Assembly: GCA_963422375.2 (NCBI GenBank)
Contig: OY729428.2
Location: forward strand, 1,504,001-1,568,000
DNA: 64,000 bases
Origin: Bryobacterales bacterium
GTDB lineage: Bacteria > Acidobacteriota > Terriglobia > Bryobacterales > UBA6623
Direction: 5' to 3'
Under the pieces are notes generated by a model that was not told the DNA's origin, made no database searches, and was given only the letters and a program-made list of their open reading frames with translations. The stretch's first letter is position 1. Each line of letters opens with the position of its first letter. Of the stretch, positions 1-10,880 are shown one piece after another. The position numbers and the translations under genes were made by a program.

Positions 1-785
1 CCGGGATAGGTCTTCGCTTGGATGATCGTGGCGTGCGGGGCCAGCTGCTCGATCTGCGGGTACGGATCGCCGACGTAGTTGCCGGTATCCATGTTGATCC
101 CCAGCCAAGGGTCGCCGACCTCCCGGTGGATGCGCAGCAGCACGTCCACCTTGGTCGACAGGCCCCAATGGTTCTCAAGAGCCATCACCACGCCCGCTCG
201 GGCGGCGTGCGGCAGGCACGCGCTGATCGAGTCGACGCACCAGCCGATCGCGTCCTCGCCGGTGTAGCCCTCTAGCGTCGGCTCCTCGCCGTTCGCGGCC
301 ATCAGGTCGTCGAAGGAGCGGATCGTGCCCCAGCGGCCCGTGTTGAGCCGGATAGCGGGAATCCCCATGGCATGCGCCAGGTCGATGCAGCGCTTGGTGT
401 GGTCGATGGCTTCCTGGCGCTTGGCTTGGCTGGGATCGACAAAGTCCTGGTGGATCGACAGCATGATCAGATCCAAGCCCGCCTCCCACGCGCGGCGCTT
501 GAGCCCGTTCATGTACGCTGCGGACTCGTCCTGCATCTGGCGGTGCAGGATCTCCACCCCGTCGAAGCCGACCACTGCGGCGTGGTCGATGACCTTCTCG
601 ATCGGATACTTCCTTTCCGTGAAGTGCCAGTAGGAGTAGGTCGAAACGCCGAGACGGATGCGCTTGCCCGTCGCTGCGGCGGCCGCGGGCGGAGCCGGCG
701 CGCTGCAGCTCGCGCCCGCCGCCGCGACGGCGCCCGCTTGCAGCAGGCGCCGCCTGGTTGGATGCCTCGGTTCCATCGCCTTCAT
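1..785 (-). CDS. Sugar phosphate isomerase/epimerase (xylose isomerase-like TIM barrel), Tat-exported; 3' end runs off the window
   Basis: Hand translation, not in the ORF track because it is open-ended: (MKA)[21 protein letters not shown]..., [33 protein letters not shown]. Start at ATG 785 or 776. Confidence 0.85.
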   Translation of the reverse strand, partial: MKAMEPRHPTRRRLLQAGAVAAAGASCSAPAPPAAAAATGKRIRLGVSTYSYWHFTERKYPIEKVIDHAAVVGFDGVEILHRQMQDESAAYMNGLKRRAWEAGLDLIMLSIHQDFVDPSQAKRQEAIDHTKRCIDLAHAMGIPAIRLNTGRWGTIRSFDDLMAANGEEPTLEGYTGEDAIGWCVDSISACLPHAARAGVVMALENHWGLSTKVDVLLRIHREVGDPWLGINMDTGNYVGDPYPQIEQLAPHATIIQAKTYP

Positions 786-816
786 CCTACACCGTGCCCT
801 CCGGGCGCGTCTGGGA

Positions 817-2007
817 TCAGGCTGCGATCAACGCGTGCGGGTCGATGACGTACTTGCGCGCCGCGCCCTTGTCGAAGTCCCGGTAGCCCTGCGGCGCATC
901 GTCCAGGGAGATGCAGGTCGCGTTGCAGGCCTTGGCCGGAGTGGCCTTGCCGTACAGGATGGCCTGCATAAGCTGCCGGTGGTAGGTCATGACCGGGCAC
1001 TGCCCGGTCATGAAGTGGTGCGACTTCGCCCAGCCGAGACCGATCCGGATCCCGAGGTTGCCGACCTTGGCATTCTCGTCCACGCCCCCCGGATCACCCG
1101 TCACGTAGAGCCCCGGGATGCCGACGCCGCCGCCCGCCCGCGTCACCTCCATTAGGGCGTTCAGCACGGTCGCCGGGCGCTCGACCACTGCGTCCCTGCC
1201 GTGCCCCCTGGCCTCGAAGCCCACGCAGTCGACGCCGCAGTCCACTTCGGGCTCCCCGACGATCTGCTCGATCTGCTCGCCGAGGGTGGCGTCCTGCGTC
1301 AGGTCCACCGTCTCGCAGCCGAAGCTCCTTGCTTGCTCGAGCCTCTCGGAGATCATGTCGCCGACGATGACGCAAGCCGCCCCGAGCAGCTGGCAGCCGT
1401 GAGCGCACGCGAGGCCGACGGGGCCGGCTCCGGCCACGTACGCGATCGAGCCCGGGCCCACGCCCGCGGTAACGGCCCCGTGGAAGCCGGTCGGGAAGAT
1501 GTCGGACAGCAGCGTCAGGTCCTGGATCATTTCAAGGGCACGGTCCTTGTCAGGGAACTTCAGCAGGTTGAAGTCCGCGTACGGCACCATCACGTACTCG
1601 GCCTGGCCGCCTACCCAGCCTCCCATGTCGACGTATCCGTAGGCCGCGCCGGGCCGCGCCGGGTTCACTTCGAGGCAGACGCCTGTCTTGCGTTCCTTGC
1701 AGTTGCGGCAGCGACCGCAGGCGATGTTGAAGGGGACCGATACGAGATCGCCCACGCTCAGGAATTCCACGTCACGGCCCGCTTCGATTACCTCGCCCGT
1801 GATCTCGTGGCCCAGGATGAGGCCCTCGGGAGCCGTGGTCCGGCCGCGGACCATGTGCTGGTCGCTCCCGCAGATATTCGTGGAAACGACCTTGAGGATG
1901 ACGCCGTGGTCGCATTTCCTGTTGCCAAGCGCGAGTTCGGGAAAGTCGATGGATTGCACCTCGACAACGCCGGGGCGAATGTAGGCCACCCCGCGATTTG
2001 ATGCCAT
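817..2007 (-). CDS. fdhA: Glutathione-independent formaldehyde dehydrogenase (Zn-dependent MDR family)
   Basis: [13 protein letters not shown] start with a [68 protein letters not shown], as in Pseudomonas FdhA. Confidence 0.93.
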   Translation of the reverse strand: MASNRGVAYIRPGVVEVQSIDFPELALGNRKCDHGVILKVVSTNICGSDQHMVRGRTTAPEGLILGHEITGEVIEAGRDVEFLSVGDLVSVPFNIACGRCRNCKERKTGVCLEVNPARPGAAYGYVDMGGWVGGQAEYVMVPYADFNLLKFPDKDRALEMIQDLTLLSDIFPTGFHGAVTAGVGPGSIAYVAGAGPVGLACAHGCQLLGAACVIVGDMISERLEQARSFGCETVDLTQDATLGEQIEQIVGEPEVDCGVDCVGFEARGHGRDAVVERPATVLNALMEVTRAGGGVGIPGLYVTGDPGGVDENAKVGNLGIRIGLGWAKSHHFMTGQCPVMTYHRQLMQAILYGKATPAKACNATCISLDDAPQGYRDFDKGAARKYVIDPHALIAA

Positions 2008-2204
2008 GTTGTTGTTCCTCCAGTCCTCGGCGCGACGGAACCGGCCGCGACCGGGCCCGTCCGCAGAGCGTCCCATAGCATACAACCCCGCACGGGGCCT
2101 GCAACCGACTGCGACCGGTCCACGCCGGCTTGCGTCGGCGAGGACGCGCCGTTCGGAGGCGCGGGCAGCGCTTCCGAAGCGAGGGCCTCTGGTAGGATGG
2201 GCCG

Positions 2205-3092
2205 GTGTCGCTCCCTGCCAACAAGGTCTCGACGGCGGATTTCGTCGCTGCTGCCCGGGCTTGGCAGACGATGCAGGGATCCTCGGTCTTCGTGGATCCT
2301 TACGCTCGGGATTTATGCGGCCCGTTCCTCGGGCTGGCGCTCAGGTTCCGGCCGTTCAAGTGGCTGCTGTTCGAGTTCGCGCTACGCGGGCTGGTGCCTC
2401 TGAGCTTGTCCGTGCTGGTCCGGGCGCGTCACACCGAGGACGCCTTGGAGCGAGCGGTCGACGCGGGCATTCGGCAGTACGTCATCATCGGCGCCGGGAT
2501 GGATTCCTTCGCGTTTCGCAGACCTGACCTGACCGCGCGCGTCATTTCCTTCGAAATCGACCACCCCGTTACGCAGCGCAGGAAGCTGAAGCGCATCAAG
2601 CGCGCTCGGCTGACCGTTCCGCCCCGCCACCACTTTGTGGAGGCCGATCTCACGCAGGTTTCGCCAGTCGAAGCGCTCGGGCGTTCGCCCTTCGACCCCT
2701 CGGAGCCGGCATTGATGTCGCTACTCGGTGTCTCCTATTACCTTGCGCCGGAAGATCTGCTGGACACCCTACGATCCATCGCCGCCGGAACACCGTGCGG
2801 CACGCGCATTATATTTGACTATCTTCTCGACAGGCGATCGACGGGCAGCGCTTCGAGCAAGGTTAGAGACAGGCTGCTGAACTTTGTCCGCAGGCTCGGC
2901 GAGCCTATACGCGGCGCGTACTCGCTGGAAGACTTGGACGAGCTCATGGTCGAGGCGCGCTTCAGGAAGGTAGAGAACTTCAAGATGGCGGATTTGACTC
3001 GCTCCTATTTCGGGCGATTCGGCCCGCTGCCGTTCGAGATCCCGGACGTCTTCGGGCTCTGCAACTACGAGGTGGTGGCAGCGTCCGACTGA
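2205..3092 (+). CDS. Class I SAM-dependent methyltransferase (leucine carboxyl methyltransferase-like)
   Basis: TADFVAAARA, DPYA, QYVIIGAGMDSFAFR, FEIDHPVTQ, EADL, LLGVSYYL motifs. Confidence 0.85.
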   Translation: MSLPANKVSTADFVAAARAWQTMQGSSVFVDPYARDLCGPFLGLALRFRPFKWLLFEFALRGLVPLSLSVLVRARHTEDALERAVDAGIRQYVIIGAGMDSFAFRRPDLTARVISFEIDHPVTQRRKLKRIKRARLTVPPRHHFVEADLTQVSPVEALGRSPFDPSEPALMSLLGVSYYLAPEDLLDTLRSIAAGTPCGTRIIFDYLLDRRSTGSASSKVRDRLLNFVRRLGEPIRGAYSLEDLDELMVEARFRKVENFKMADLTRSYFGRFGPLPFEIPDVFGLCNYEVVAASD

Positions 3093-3218
3093 CGCCGGGC
3101 GCCGCTTGGCGTGCCGCCCCGAGATCCCCGCGTCGGGTTAGGACGCGCGGGCACCCCGTATCGGCGTGCCGTGGCCCGGTGTCGCTCTGCGATGGGGGGT
3201 GCCGTGATACTGGCGGCG

Positions 3219-5642
3219 CTAGAAGAGCCGCACCATGTAGGTGAATCGAACGCCGCGACCGATCTCCGGGGCTAGGTCCTTGATGAAGGAAGAGTGGTTG
3301 CGATACAGGCGGTCGCCGACGTTGAAGACGTTGACCGAGAACTGATGCACGAGATGCCGCTGCGTATAGACATACGTGGCTTGCAGGTCCATTACCGCGT
3401 ACTCGGGTGTCGACGTCTCTCCGGTGAAAGTCCGATTCTGCTCGCTCGCGAGGATCAGGCTAGGAGAGATCTTGAGCCCTCCCCTGCGGAACTCGAGTCC
3501 AATCTTGCCGCGGAGAGGCGGAATTCTCGGTAGATAGGTCCCCGAATTCGTGTCCTTGGCGTCGACAAAGTCCATCCCCAGTCTGAGCCATAGCGACCTT
3601 TGCAAGCCAACGTCTAGATTCGCCTCCATGCCTGTGAATCGCACGTTGCGCTGCGTGTATTCGATTTCGATGAGCTCGTCCATTTCCTCGCCTGTGGCGA
3701 ATGGGAAAATGAAGTTTCCAAAGCCATAGTAGAAGAAGTTGAACTCTCCCCGGATGCGTTCTTGCGAGTGCCGCGCTGAAATGTCGAAGCCGTTTCCGGA
3801 CTCCGCTTGCATCTGAGGGTTGCCGATCTCGAATGCGCGGTTCCCCGCGTGCGGGCCGAAATTGTAGAGCTCCTCCAACGAGGGGGCCCGGTAGCTGTGC
3901 GCGAAGTTCGCGACGAATACACCGCCGTCCCAAGTCTCGGCGTGGAAGCCCGCAGCCAGTGACGCGCCGGCGAAGGACCGGCTCACCGCGTCCGGCGGCT
4001 CCCCGTGGGAGTCGTGCTGATCGTCGCCATCCGGCTCGCCTTCGTCACCCGGGTGGTCTTCCTCGTCTTCGTGGTCCTCTCGCTCGGAGAAGGCCGGACG
4101 GTAGCTGCGAGTTTCGATACGGCCTCCGAACTGCAGCTTGAAGCGCTCGAAGTCGACTTCCTCCAGTCCGAACAAGGCCATGCCGGAGCTACTGACAGGC
4201 GGGCTTAGGGCCTCCTCGCCCTCGGCGGCGTAGTCGCGGTCGATCCCCCAGAATCCGAACCTTCCGCTGAGCGGCCCGGCGCGCTTCTGCTCGAAGACGC
4301 CGCGATAGACAAACCGGTCGTTCAGGAAGGTCGTGCCAATTTGGGAGGTGCCGTCCTCCAAGTGCTCGATTTCATCGTGGTGCCATTCTACGTGGCTGAG
4401 TTTGAGGAGGAAGCTCTCGATCGGGCCGCCGAGTTCGCGTAAGCCCCAAGTGACGCGGTAGCTGTCTCGGCGGGACTGCAGGGCGACGCGTTCGATCTCT
4501 TCCTCTTCGTGGTGCTCTTGGTCGTCATCGTCCTCGCCCTCGTGCTCGCCCTCTTGCTCGTGCGCCTCCCCTTCACCCTCGTGATGCTCCTCTTCTTCCT
4601 CGTGACCGTGCGCGTGGAATTCTTGGGCGAACGGCACGCCGTACTCGCCCCTTTCCGCCTTCGCTTCCAAAGCTAGGAAGGTCTTGCGGCCGTACCAGCC
4701 GACCCCGCCCCCACCGTTCGCCAGTTCCGTGGCGGAGTTGAAGACCGTTCCGTAGGAGGGCGCTGCGTAATCACCCGTCGAGAGCGCGCCGCCGTTGCCC
4801 CAGAATTGAAACTTCCCGACTCCGTACTCGAATCCGGCATTGCCGCTGCCGAGAGAGTTCGCGGTTCCGCCCGATCCCGACAGAAACCCTCGCAAGCCCT
4901 CGTGCGGGTGCCTGTGATGCTCGTGGTGCCGGTGAATCGCGTTGACGGTGCCCCCCAGTGCGTTCCCGCTGTAGAGGAGGGTAGACGGCCCCTTGACGAC
5001 CTCTAGGCGTTCCATCTGCGCGACGTTCAGCACTTCGCCGTGATCCCCGGACTGGGACCCCAAGCTGCCGGTCCGGATGCCGTCCTCCATGACTAGGACG
5101 CGGTCGCCGTCGAATCCTCGAATGATGGGACGGGAACTGCCCGGGCCGAAGCTCCGCTTCGCGATTCCAGTCCCGACGCGGTGGTCCAAGGCTTCGCCTA
5201 GCGATACCGCGCTGGATTCGTTCAGGTCGTATGCGTCAAAGGACTCTACGTCCTGAAACGCCTCGAGAACCGTCTCGTGAGATTCGGACGCTGTGACGGT
5301 GATCTCGACACTATTGGTCGTCAGTCCGAGCAGGAATTCCAGCGACGACTCCTCTTCTGCCTCGACCCTCACGGTCTTCGCCTCTTGGGTGAATAAGTGG
5401 TCAAGGTGCGCGACGACATGGAACAATCCCGGCGGCAGGCGGGAGAACGAGTAGGATCCATCGTTGTCCGTGACCGCGATACGATCCAGTTCGACGATCA
5501 TCACGCTGGCCCCGTGAATCGGGCTGCCCGTCTCCTTCATGGATACCGTGCCCCGCAGCCTTCCGTGCTCTTCAGCGACAGCCGGCACGGTCAGGACCGC
5601 TACTGACAATAGGAATAGGGTGACGCTTCGCAGGCCTACCAT
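3219..5642 (-). CDS. TonB-dependent receptor with His/acidic-rich loops (ZnuD-like metal uptake)
   Basis: Signal peptide, carboxypeptidase-regulatory-like N-terminal domain, plug motifs FGPGSSRPIIRGFDGDRV and SQSGDHG, EVVKGPSTLLY, RAPSLEELY, GNP, C-terminal Phe; three His/Glu-rich inserts. Start uncertain (5642-5678). Confidence 0.9.
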   Translation of the reverse strand: MVGLRSVTLFLLSVAVLTVPAVAEEHGRLRGTVSMKETGSPIHGASVMIVELDRIAVTDNDGSYSFSRLPPGLFHVVAHLDHLFTQEAKTVRVEAEEESSLEFLLGLTTNSVEITVTASESHETVLEAFQDVESFDAYDLNESSAVSLGEALDHRVGTGIAKRSFGPGSSRPIIRGFDGDRVLVMEDGIRTGSLGSQSGDHGEVLNVAQMERLEVVKGPSTLLYSGNALGGTVNAIHRHHEHHRHPHEGLRGFLSGSGGTANSLGSGNAGFEYGVGKFQFWGNGGALSTGDYAAPSYGTVFNSATELANGGGGVGWYGRKTFLALEAKAERGEYGVPFAQEFHAHGHEEEEEHHEGEGEAHEQEGEHEGEDDDDQEHHEEEEIERVALQSRRDSYRVTWGLRELGGPIESFLLKLSHVEWHHDEIEHLEDGTSQIGTTFLNDRFVYRGVFEQKRAGPLSGRFGFWGIDRDYAAEGEEALSPPVSSSGMALFGLEEVDFERFKLQFGGRIETRSYRPAFSEREDHEDEEDHPGDEGEPDGDDQHDSHGEPPDAVSRSFAGASLAAGFHAETWDGGVFVANFAHSYRAPSLEELYNFGPHAGNRAFEIGNPQMQAESGNGFDISARHSQERIRGEFNFFYYGFGNFIFPFATGEEMDELIEIEYTQRNVRFTGMEANLDVGLQRSLWLRLGMDFVDAKDTNSGTYLPRIPPLRGKIGLEFRRGGLKISPSLILASEQNRTFTGETSTPEYAVMDLQATYVYTQRHLVHQFSVNVFNVGDRLYRNHSSFIKDLAPEIGRGVRFTYMVRLF

Positions 5643-6189
5643 TGAAGTCATTCTGCACGGGGCGAGACCGGAGCGCATGGCGAACCTCGTGCGCGGGCTG
5701 GATTGTCCTGCGAACGGGGCATTCCTGGCAACGGACGGGCCTGTCTAGGCGGCGGTTTCCCTTGCCGACCGGTTCCACGTCGACTGCGGGCCGCGCGATT
5801 CGGAGCGTTCGCCAGCCCGCCGGACTGGAGGCCGCCCTGATATGCGACGCCGAGGTGCCGTTGCATTCCGGAAGCCTGCACGCTGGCCTCGGTGCGGAGC
5901 ACCCCGGATTCCAGGCGCTCCCGCCGCTGGCAGCCCGTCCGGATTCCTAGCCGGACGGTCCTGTGTTGCAGCGTCGAGTCGGGGCGCGAACGACCGCCGC
6001 CCGTTCATTGCGCGTGGGGCGCGATTGCACTAGTGTCACACGCGACGGAATCCGGGCTGATAGACCCTCTCCAACTACAGATCAATCCGTTGATATCGTA
6101 ACATTTCTAAGGACATATTTTGTCGGTATATAGGGGGATATGTCACCCGATTTATTTCGATCAATTTGGCGAGAAACTGAATTCCCCTA

Positions 6190-7204
6190 CCTGATTACCC
6201 ACAAGACTCAGCCAAGGTTAGGAGGGGGTAAGGCCTGGGCGGGGTGCGCACGGAGGCGTGGAGCAGGCGGGGGACCAGCGCCTCCGGATCGTAGCGGCGG
6301 TTGAAGCGGTAGCGGAACTCGGCGAGGTAGCGCGGCAGGTGCTTGCCGTCGAGCGCATGGCAGGCTCCCGCCAGGGACTGCTTGACGTTCGCCAGCATCG
6401 TGTTGACCCGGACGAAGCGGGAATCCGCGCAGCTCCGCTGCCCGCCTGCGGTGACGGTCGGCACGTGCTCGCAGCCGGCGTCGGCCACGCCCCGCAAGCA
6501 GGCCGGGCCGTCGGAATGCACCTCCGTGCCGGGCTGCAAGTGCCGCCCGGCCCACGCTGCCAGCGTCTTCTTGCGCAAGCCCGCCACGCTGCTCAGGCGC
6601 ATCCTTGCCGGCTGGCCGGCGGCGCTGACCTGCACGGCGGCGACGAACGGCGTCTTGCCCGCCGCGCCGCGACCGCGCTGGCCGCCGCTCCGCTCCCCGC
6701 CCCGGTAGGCATCGTCCACTTGCACGATGCCGTGCAGCGGCACGCGCTCGTCGCGCTCCTTCATCACTTGCAAGAGCTTGTGCTTCATCTTCCAAGCCGT
6801 GTTCCGGCTGACTCCCAGCTGCCGCGCCAGTTCCAGCGACGAAACGCCGTGCTGGCCCTGCGTCAGCAGGTGGAGCGCCAGGAACCGGACGGTCAGCGGT
6901 AGCTTGGTGGCGGCGAAGATCGTGCCGGCGACGAGGGAGGTCCGGCGGTGGCAGGCATGGCACTGCCGGAGCTTGCGGGAGCGGATGCGGCAGTGCCGGC
7001 GGGAGCCGCACTCCGGGCAGCGGGCGTTGAAGACGGCCTGCTCGCATGGCCCCTCGCTGCCGTAGCGCTGCAGGAACTTGCCCAGGCTGAGTCCTTTCTG
7101 GCATTGCACGCGATTGCGTTTCAGCTGCTAGCCCCTTTCCTATCAGAGATTTCCGACCTCCTTTAGTATAGCATATCCTCGGCTGAAGCTCGTTGGTAAT
7201 CAGG
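6190..7204 (-). mobile_element. IS1595-family insertion sequence, copy 1
   Basis: Imperfect terminal inverted repeats CCTGATTACCCACAAGACTCAGCC / CCTGATTACCAACGAGCTTCAGCC; near-perfect 8-bp flanking direct repeat TTCCCCTA (6182-6189) / TTCACCTA (7205-7212). Confidence 0.93.
6195..7109 (-). pseudogene. IS1595-family transposase, probably inactive
   Basis: Zn ribbon CPECG..CHAC, HTH VSSLELARQLGV, DDAY, GKTPFV, HSDG, YLAEFRYRFNRR. Lacks 6 aa present in copy 2 (RPDGFR) and has several W->R and L->P changes at normally conserved positions. Confidence 0.8.
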
Positions 7205-7759
7205 TTCACCTATTTCCATAAGACTTGATAATATTACCGGATTTGCGGGCTGATCTCGGGCGTTGGCATCCAACTATGGACCGTGATTGACGAAATGAAC
7301 CGAAGTGCGTTCCGGACCGAAATCTCAGTAATTCGTGCCTGTGATAAAACTCGTATCCCCTTGACAAAAAAGGTGTTAGATCCAATATATCAAGGCGAAT
7401 ATTTCACTGAAATGCTACGACTAGTCCGAAATCCTGCCAATTCTTGGTAGAGCGCGGAAATCTTCGCGATTGGCGGCTGAGCAACTTCCGACCTTGGGCC
7501 CTATATATTGTGTTTGGAGATTCATCCGACATCAGCATGTAGTATGAAATGCTGATCAGGCCAGAATTCAGAAGTTTTGTCACAAGCATTAAGTCCCTGA
7601 TCGGAGATAATGTTTGCCCGATCTAGGTCTCTTCCAGCGCGACGATTTCCCGCCTTGGCGTGGGCCATCAATCGGCCGCGATGGTCGGATCAGCACTGGA
7701 CTGCACCGTCGGCATGCGGGCAAGAATGCCGCGAGCGCTTGCAGCGGTAACGCCGTCGG

Positions 7760-7990
7760 GTGGAGAGGACGTTGGGAGCCGGGCCGTGATTGATACCGAT
7801 TCCTCGACGTCTCTTGCGAGAGGCTGCGTGGCGTGCCGGCAAACCGGCCATTCCGGCGTCTGGACGCGAGAACGGCAAGATGTCGTTCGTGGCCTTGCGG
7901 GGAGCTCGGGAGCGCCGACTGTGGTGCCACTGCGCTGCACCAGCGCGGGGTCGGGCAGGGGAGAGCGGTTCAGCGTCCCCGGCGTCGAGC
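7760..7990 (+). pseudogene. Possible heavily degraded IS256-family transposase fragment
   Basis: Frameshifted pieces WRGR..*YRFLDVSCERLR, RENGKMSFVALRGARE and ALHQRG resemble the IS256 order YLFLD..E.LR / ENG.K..LAL..G.RE / L..RG. Weak and by eye only. Confidence 0.2.
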
Positions 7991-8231
7991 GACCAGGCGG
8001 GATATTGTCCGGGAACTGGCCGGGGCCTGCAGCCGAATCAGCCGCGAGCGCCTAGTCTCCCTTCCTCCGCCTGCGAGGGCTCGGGGAGGTTCCGCCAGCG
8101 CCGCGGCCGGATCTGCCTGCGGCCGCATGCAAGGTGTGACCATCGGTTCGTGCGATGCACAGGCGACGCGTCAGGTCGGAGCGCATGTCGCCATGCGGCT
8201 CGGACGGGCGGGCATTCGCCTTCAGCGGGCG

Positions 8232-8307
8232 TGGTGAGCGCGCAGGGACTCGAACCCCGAACCTAGTGATTAAGAGTCACTTGCTCTACCAATTGAGCTA
8301 CGCGCCC
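8232..8307 (-). tRNA. tRNA-Lys (anticodon CTT)
   Basis: Reverse complement GGGCGCGTAGCTCAATTGGTAGAGCAAGTGACTCTTAATCACTAGGTTCGGGGTTCGAGTCCCTGCGCGCTCACCA: 76 nt, full cloverleaf, encoded CCA. Confidence 0.97.
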
Positions 8308-8605
8308 ACGAGGGGACCGCCCGGACTGCAGCTTGATGCACCGTGACCGGCGATGCACCAGGCTTTGCTCAGGGTAGCACGTCGGGAAGAAGCGCTTCAA
8401 CGCTCGGTGCCAGCTTCGCGGGACGGGAGGGGACTGGTCGTTCGGGGAGTTGCCGTGGCCCCGAAGCTCCTGATCCGATGGCGGTCGCGTGGCAACGGGT
8501 ACCTGCCGCGACCGGGACCCTCGACCTAGTGTCGGAGATCTGGCGCGAGGCTCCGATGCGGATGCTCGCGCCGACGGAACACGCAGGCCCGCATGCGGCG
8601 AAGAA

Positions 8606-9388
8606 TCAGGGGTCGTAGATTCCGAGCACGTGCTGGTCGAAATCGATCAGAGCGCCCGTCATCATGCGCGATTCGTCGCTCAGTAGGTATGCCACCGCGC
8701 CCGCGACGTCTCGTGGCCGCAGGATCCTGCCGAAGGGCGCTCCCCGGTCCGCCGCCGCGAGCCAGTCTTCTGGCTGGCCTTCGAGCCGCTGCACCGCGTG
8801 CTCGGCGGGCGTGGCCATCCAACCGATGTTCAGCGCGTTGACGCGGATGCGGTGCCGCCGCTGGGAATTCGCCGCGTTCTTGGTCAGAGCGGCGAGCGCC
8901 CCCTTCGAAACGCTGTACGGCGTGAGGTTGGGAGTCCCGCCGTGCGCGGACATGCTCAGAATGTTGACAATGCTCCCGCCGCGGCCCTCCCGCTGCATGA
9001 TCCTGACCATTCCCTGCATGAGCAGGAACGGCGCTCGCAGGTTGACGGCCATGAACTTGTCCCAGTGCTCCGCCGAGGTCTCTTCCAAGGTCCCCCGATC
9101 CGTGCAGGCGGCTGCGTTCACGAGGCCGTCCAGTTGTCCGAACTCGGCATCAGCTCGCTCCACGATCCTGCGGCAGGTCTCCGGGTCTTCGAGCTCGCCT
9201 TGGATGAAAACGGCGCGGCACTGTCCGGAAGCGAGCCTTGCCACGACCGCTGCTCCTCGTTCCCTTGAGCGCCCGGTGATGACGATGCCCTCCGCGCCAC
9301 GCTCCACGGATAGGCGAATGATCTCCTCGCCTAGGCCCTGTGTGGACCCGGTGACAGCGAGAATCTTGCCTCGTAAGGAACGACTCAT
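8606..9388 (-). CDS. Short-chain dehydrogenase/reductase (SDR)
   Basis: VTGSTQGLG, LVNAAA, GSIVNILS, YSVSK catalytic motif, IRVNALNIGW; start MSRSLRGK. Confidence 0.92.
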   Translation of the reverse strand: MSRSLRGKILAVTGSTQGLGEEIIRLSVERGAEGIVITGRSRERGAAVVARLASGQCRAVFIQGELEDPETCRRIVERADAEFGQLDGLVNAAACTDRGTLEETSAEHWDKFMAVNLRAPFLLMQGMVRIMQREGRGGSIVNILSMSAHGGTPNLTPYSVSKGALAALTKNAANSQRRHRIRVNALNIGWMATPAEHAVQRLEGQPEDWLAAADRGAPFGRILRPRDVAGAVAYLLSDESRMMTGALIDFDQHVLGIYDP

Positions 9389-9455
9389 GGCTCCGACCTC
9401 GGCATCGACGGCTGGCCCGCTCGCTGCGAGCTCCTTTTCTTGGGTTCGAGTCCCC

Positions 9456-10880
9456 TCAGACCAGGGTCTCGTCTGGGGCCGGCTCCAGCCCCACCAAGGT
9501 CGGCTGCATTGGCAGAGGGGGGCTCGGCGCGGTGCGCGTTGACGTCGAGGGCCGAGGTGCGCTGGGGGCAGGCCCTCGTTTCTTGCGCCGGGCCCGGTCC
9601 GTTCCCTTGTGGGCTCCGGGCTGCTGCGCCCGAGCGCTCTGGCCTTCCGCGGGTGGCTCGGTTTCCGCACCCGCGCCGGCGCCGGCCTCCCCGGTCGCCT
9701 GCACGTCTGCACGAGGCCGCTCGGGAGCAGGAACTTCCGGCTGGGGTTCCCGGTGACTGCCGTCGGACAGGGGGGCCGGATCTTGGGGCGCCGCAGGCGG
9801 TGCCAGCGACTCCGCGTCCGGCAGGTCGGGAACGGGCGCGACGGGCGCTTGGGGCGGTGCCGGCGCGGGGTCGTGGACCGAAGGCTGCCGCTCCGCTGGC
9901 GGCGTCGAGCCGCTGCTGAGGTAAGCGTCCTTGTCCAGCACGAACCGACCTAGGCTGTTGTGGTACCCGCTCCACACCGAGCCCTCGACGGCTGCCGCCC
10001 GCGCCTCGCGCATCATCTCCAGCTTCGCGTCCAAGTCGTCGATGAAATGCAGTACAAGTGCCTCGGGGAACAGGGGCACCTGAGGCGACCCGTATTCCAG
10101 CTTTCCGTGATGGCTGAGCACCAAGTGCAGTAGCAGCGTCTTGAGGCGGGCAGGGAATCCGACGATCTCGTCGCAGCGCCGGGAGATCCACGCACTTCCG
10201 ATCGCGATGTGGCCCAGCAGCCTGCCGGAGTCGGTGTAGTCGAACGTCCGGTCCCAGCTCAGCTCGAATATCTTCCCCGCGTCGTGCAGCAGCACGCCGC
10301 AGGCGAGCAGGTCGGAGTCCACGTCCGGGTAGTGCGAGGCCACCTTCTTGGCGAGCCGCAGCAGGCTCACCACGTGCTCCAGCAGGCCGCCGACCTTGGC
10401 GTGGTGGTTGGCCTTCGCCGCCGGGGCCTGCTTGTACTTCATAGCGAATTGCGGGTCGCGGAAGACCGCCCGCATCAGCCGCTTCAGGTTGGCGTTCGAG
10501 AACTGGTCGATGGCTTCGAGGACCTCGGCGTACATGGCGTCGACGTCGTGCTCGGTGTGCGGGACGAAGTCCCCGAGGAATACTTCCTCGTCTGGAACCG
10601 CGCGCAGCCACGTGACGATCATCTGGTGCTGGTCGTTGAAGACCTGCATCCTCCCGCGCACGTGAACGATATCGTTGGCCTCGAACAGCGGCGCGAGGCT
10701 ATTGACGTTGTCCCAAACCTTCGTATCCATCTCGCCGGTGCGGTCCGCCAGCTTGAGACTCAGGTACGGATTGCCGTTCTTGGAGACGCGGGTCTCCTTG
10801 GAACGGACGAGAAAGGTGCTCTCGAACCGCAGGCTCGGCTCAAGCCCCTTGAGGTCGTTGATGAAGTGCTCCTTCTTCAC
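9456..10880 (-). CDS. yhaM: 3'-5' exoribonuclease YhaM-like (OB fold + HD domain) with Pro/Ala-rich C-terminal tail
   Basis: SKNGNPYLSLKLADRTG, PAAKANHHAKVGGLLEH, LLHDAGK, GRLLGHI, HLVLSHHG.LEYGSP, HFIDDLDAK. Confidence 0.88.
   Translation of the reverse strand: MKKEHFINDLKGLEPSLRFESTFLVRSKETRVSKNGNPYLSLKLADRTGEMDTKVWDNVNSLAPLFEANDIVHVRGRMQVFNDQHQMIVTWLRAVPDEEVFLGDFVPHTEHDVDAMYAEVLEAIDQFSNANLKRLMRAVFRDPQFAMKYKQAPAAKANHHAKVGGLLEHVVSLLRLAKKVASHYPDVDSDLLACGVLLHDAGKIFELSWDRTFDYTDSGRLLGHIAIGSAWISRRCDEIVGFPARLKTLLLHLVLSHHGKLEYGSPQVPLFPEALVLHFIDDLDAKLEMMREARAAAVEGSVWSGYHNSLGRFVLDKDAYLSSGSTPPAERQPSVHDPAPAPPQAPVAPVPDLPDAESLAPPAAPQDPAPLSDGSHREPQPEVPAPERPRADVQATGEAGAGAGAETEPPAEGQSARAQQPGAHKGTDRARRKKRGPAPSAPRPSTSTRTAPSPPLPMQPTLVGLEPAPDETLV

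Noticed and set aside
5745..6107. Possible leader ORF and Zur/Fur operator upstream of the His-rich TonB receptor (TTGCACTAGTGTCA near 6025; TAACATTTC near 6099)
   Set aside because: Only an imperfect palindrome and a half-site, 380-460 bp from the gene; the ORF lacks the Cys/His and RxPP features of DUF2946-type leaders.
7361..7390. Perfect TTGACA -35 hexamer
   Set aside because: No convincing -10 at the right spacing and no downstream gene; expected by chance in AT-rich DNA.
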